Positions 63,999-64,000 of a stretch of 64,000 bases of DNA are shown here, piece after piece. The translations under genes and the position numbers were made by a program. The DNA comes from Camelus ferus (taxonomy: Eukaryota): positions 109,184,001 through 109,248,000 of the forward strand of contig NC_045697.1 of assembly GCF_009834535.1 (NCBI RefSeq). Reading direction: 5' to 3'. Positions within the stretch are counted from its first letter, which is position 1. Each line of letters opens with the position of its first letter. The notes below the pieces were generated by a model, which saw nothing but the letters and a program-made list of their open reading frames with translations, was not told where the DNA came from and searched no databases.

Positions 63999-64000
63999 GT

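Larger units (their letters stand above)
62760..64000 (-). mobile_element. young L1 derivative lacking almost all of ORF2 (ORF1, spacer, ORF2 C-terminus, 3' UTR); continues beyond the window
   Basis: ORF1 C-terminus at 63588-63998 lies only ~140 bp from the ORF2 terminal codons at 63077-63445; 3' UTR and poly(A) extend to ~62760. Confidence 0.92.

Noticed and set aside
1..64000. CRISPR arrays, operons or other prokaryotic systems; naming the host gene
   Set aside because: The sequence is mammalian with no regularly spaced repeats, and no coding exon is available to identify the gene reliably.

Overview
Mammalian non-coding genomic DNA, most likely camelid (alpaca/camel), inferred from 12 copies of a tRNA-derived Vic-1-like SINE and artiodactyl-type L1 3' ends. 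I see no convincing host protein-coding exon. The window looks like the 5'/regulatory region of one or two genes I cannot name: a strong CpG-island promoter at ~40.3-41.1 kb with a + strand first-exon donor, weaker promoter-like patches at ~13.7, ~22.2 and ~29.3 kb, and a few candidate non-coding exons. Much of the rest is interspersed repeat (L1, SINE, MIR, L2, MLT1, MER21, an ERV1 solo LTR, MER20). The most interesting signals are in L1 structure. (1) An L1 at the right edge joins an open ORF1 and spacer directly to the last ~120 codons of ORF2 at a splice-like AAG|CCACT junction (spliced or HAL1-like element). (2) At least four L1 copies share a swapped 3' tail resembling an old L1MC/MD-type end. 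(3) There is a twin-primed inverted L1 and an ~85-bp inverted templated duplication. Separately, a perfect hairpin at 13.6 kb pairs a consensus 5' splice site with a U1-like sequence. Repeat family names are from recognition, not database searches. No prokaryotic-type system (CRISPR, operon) is present.
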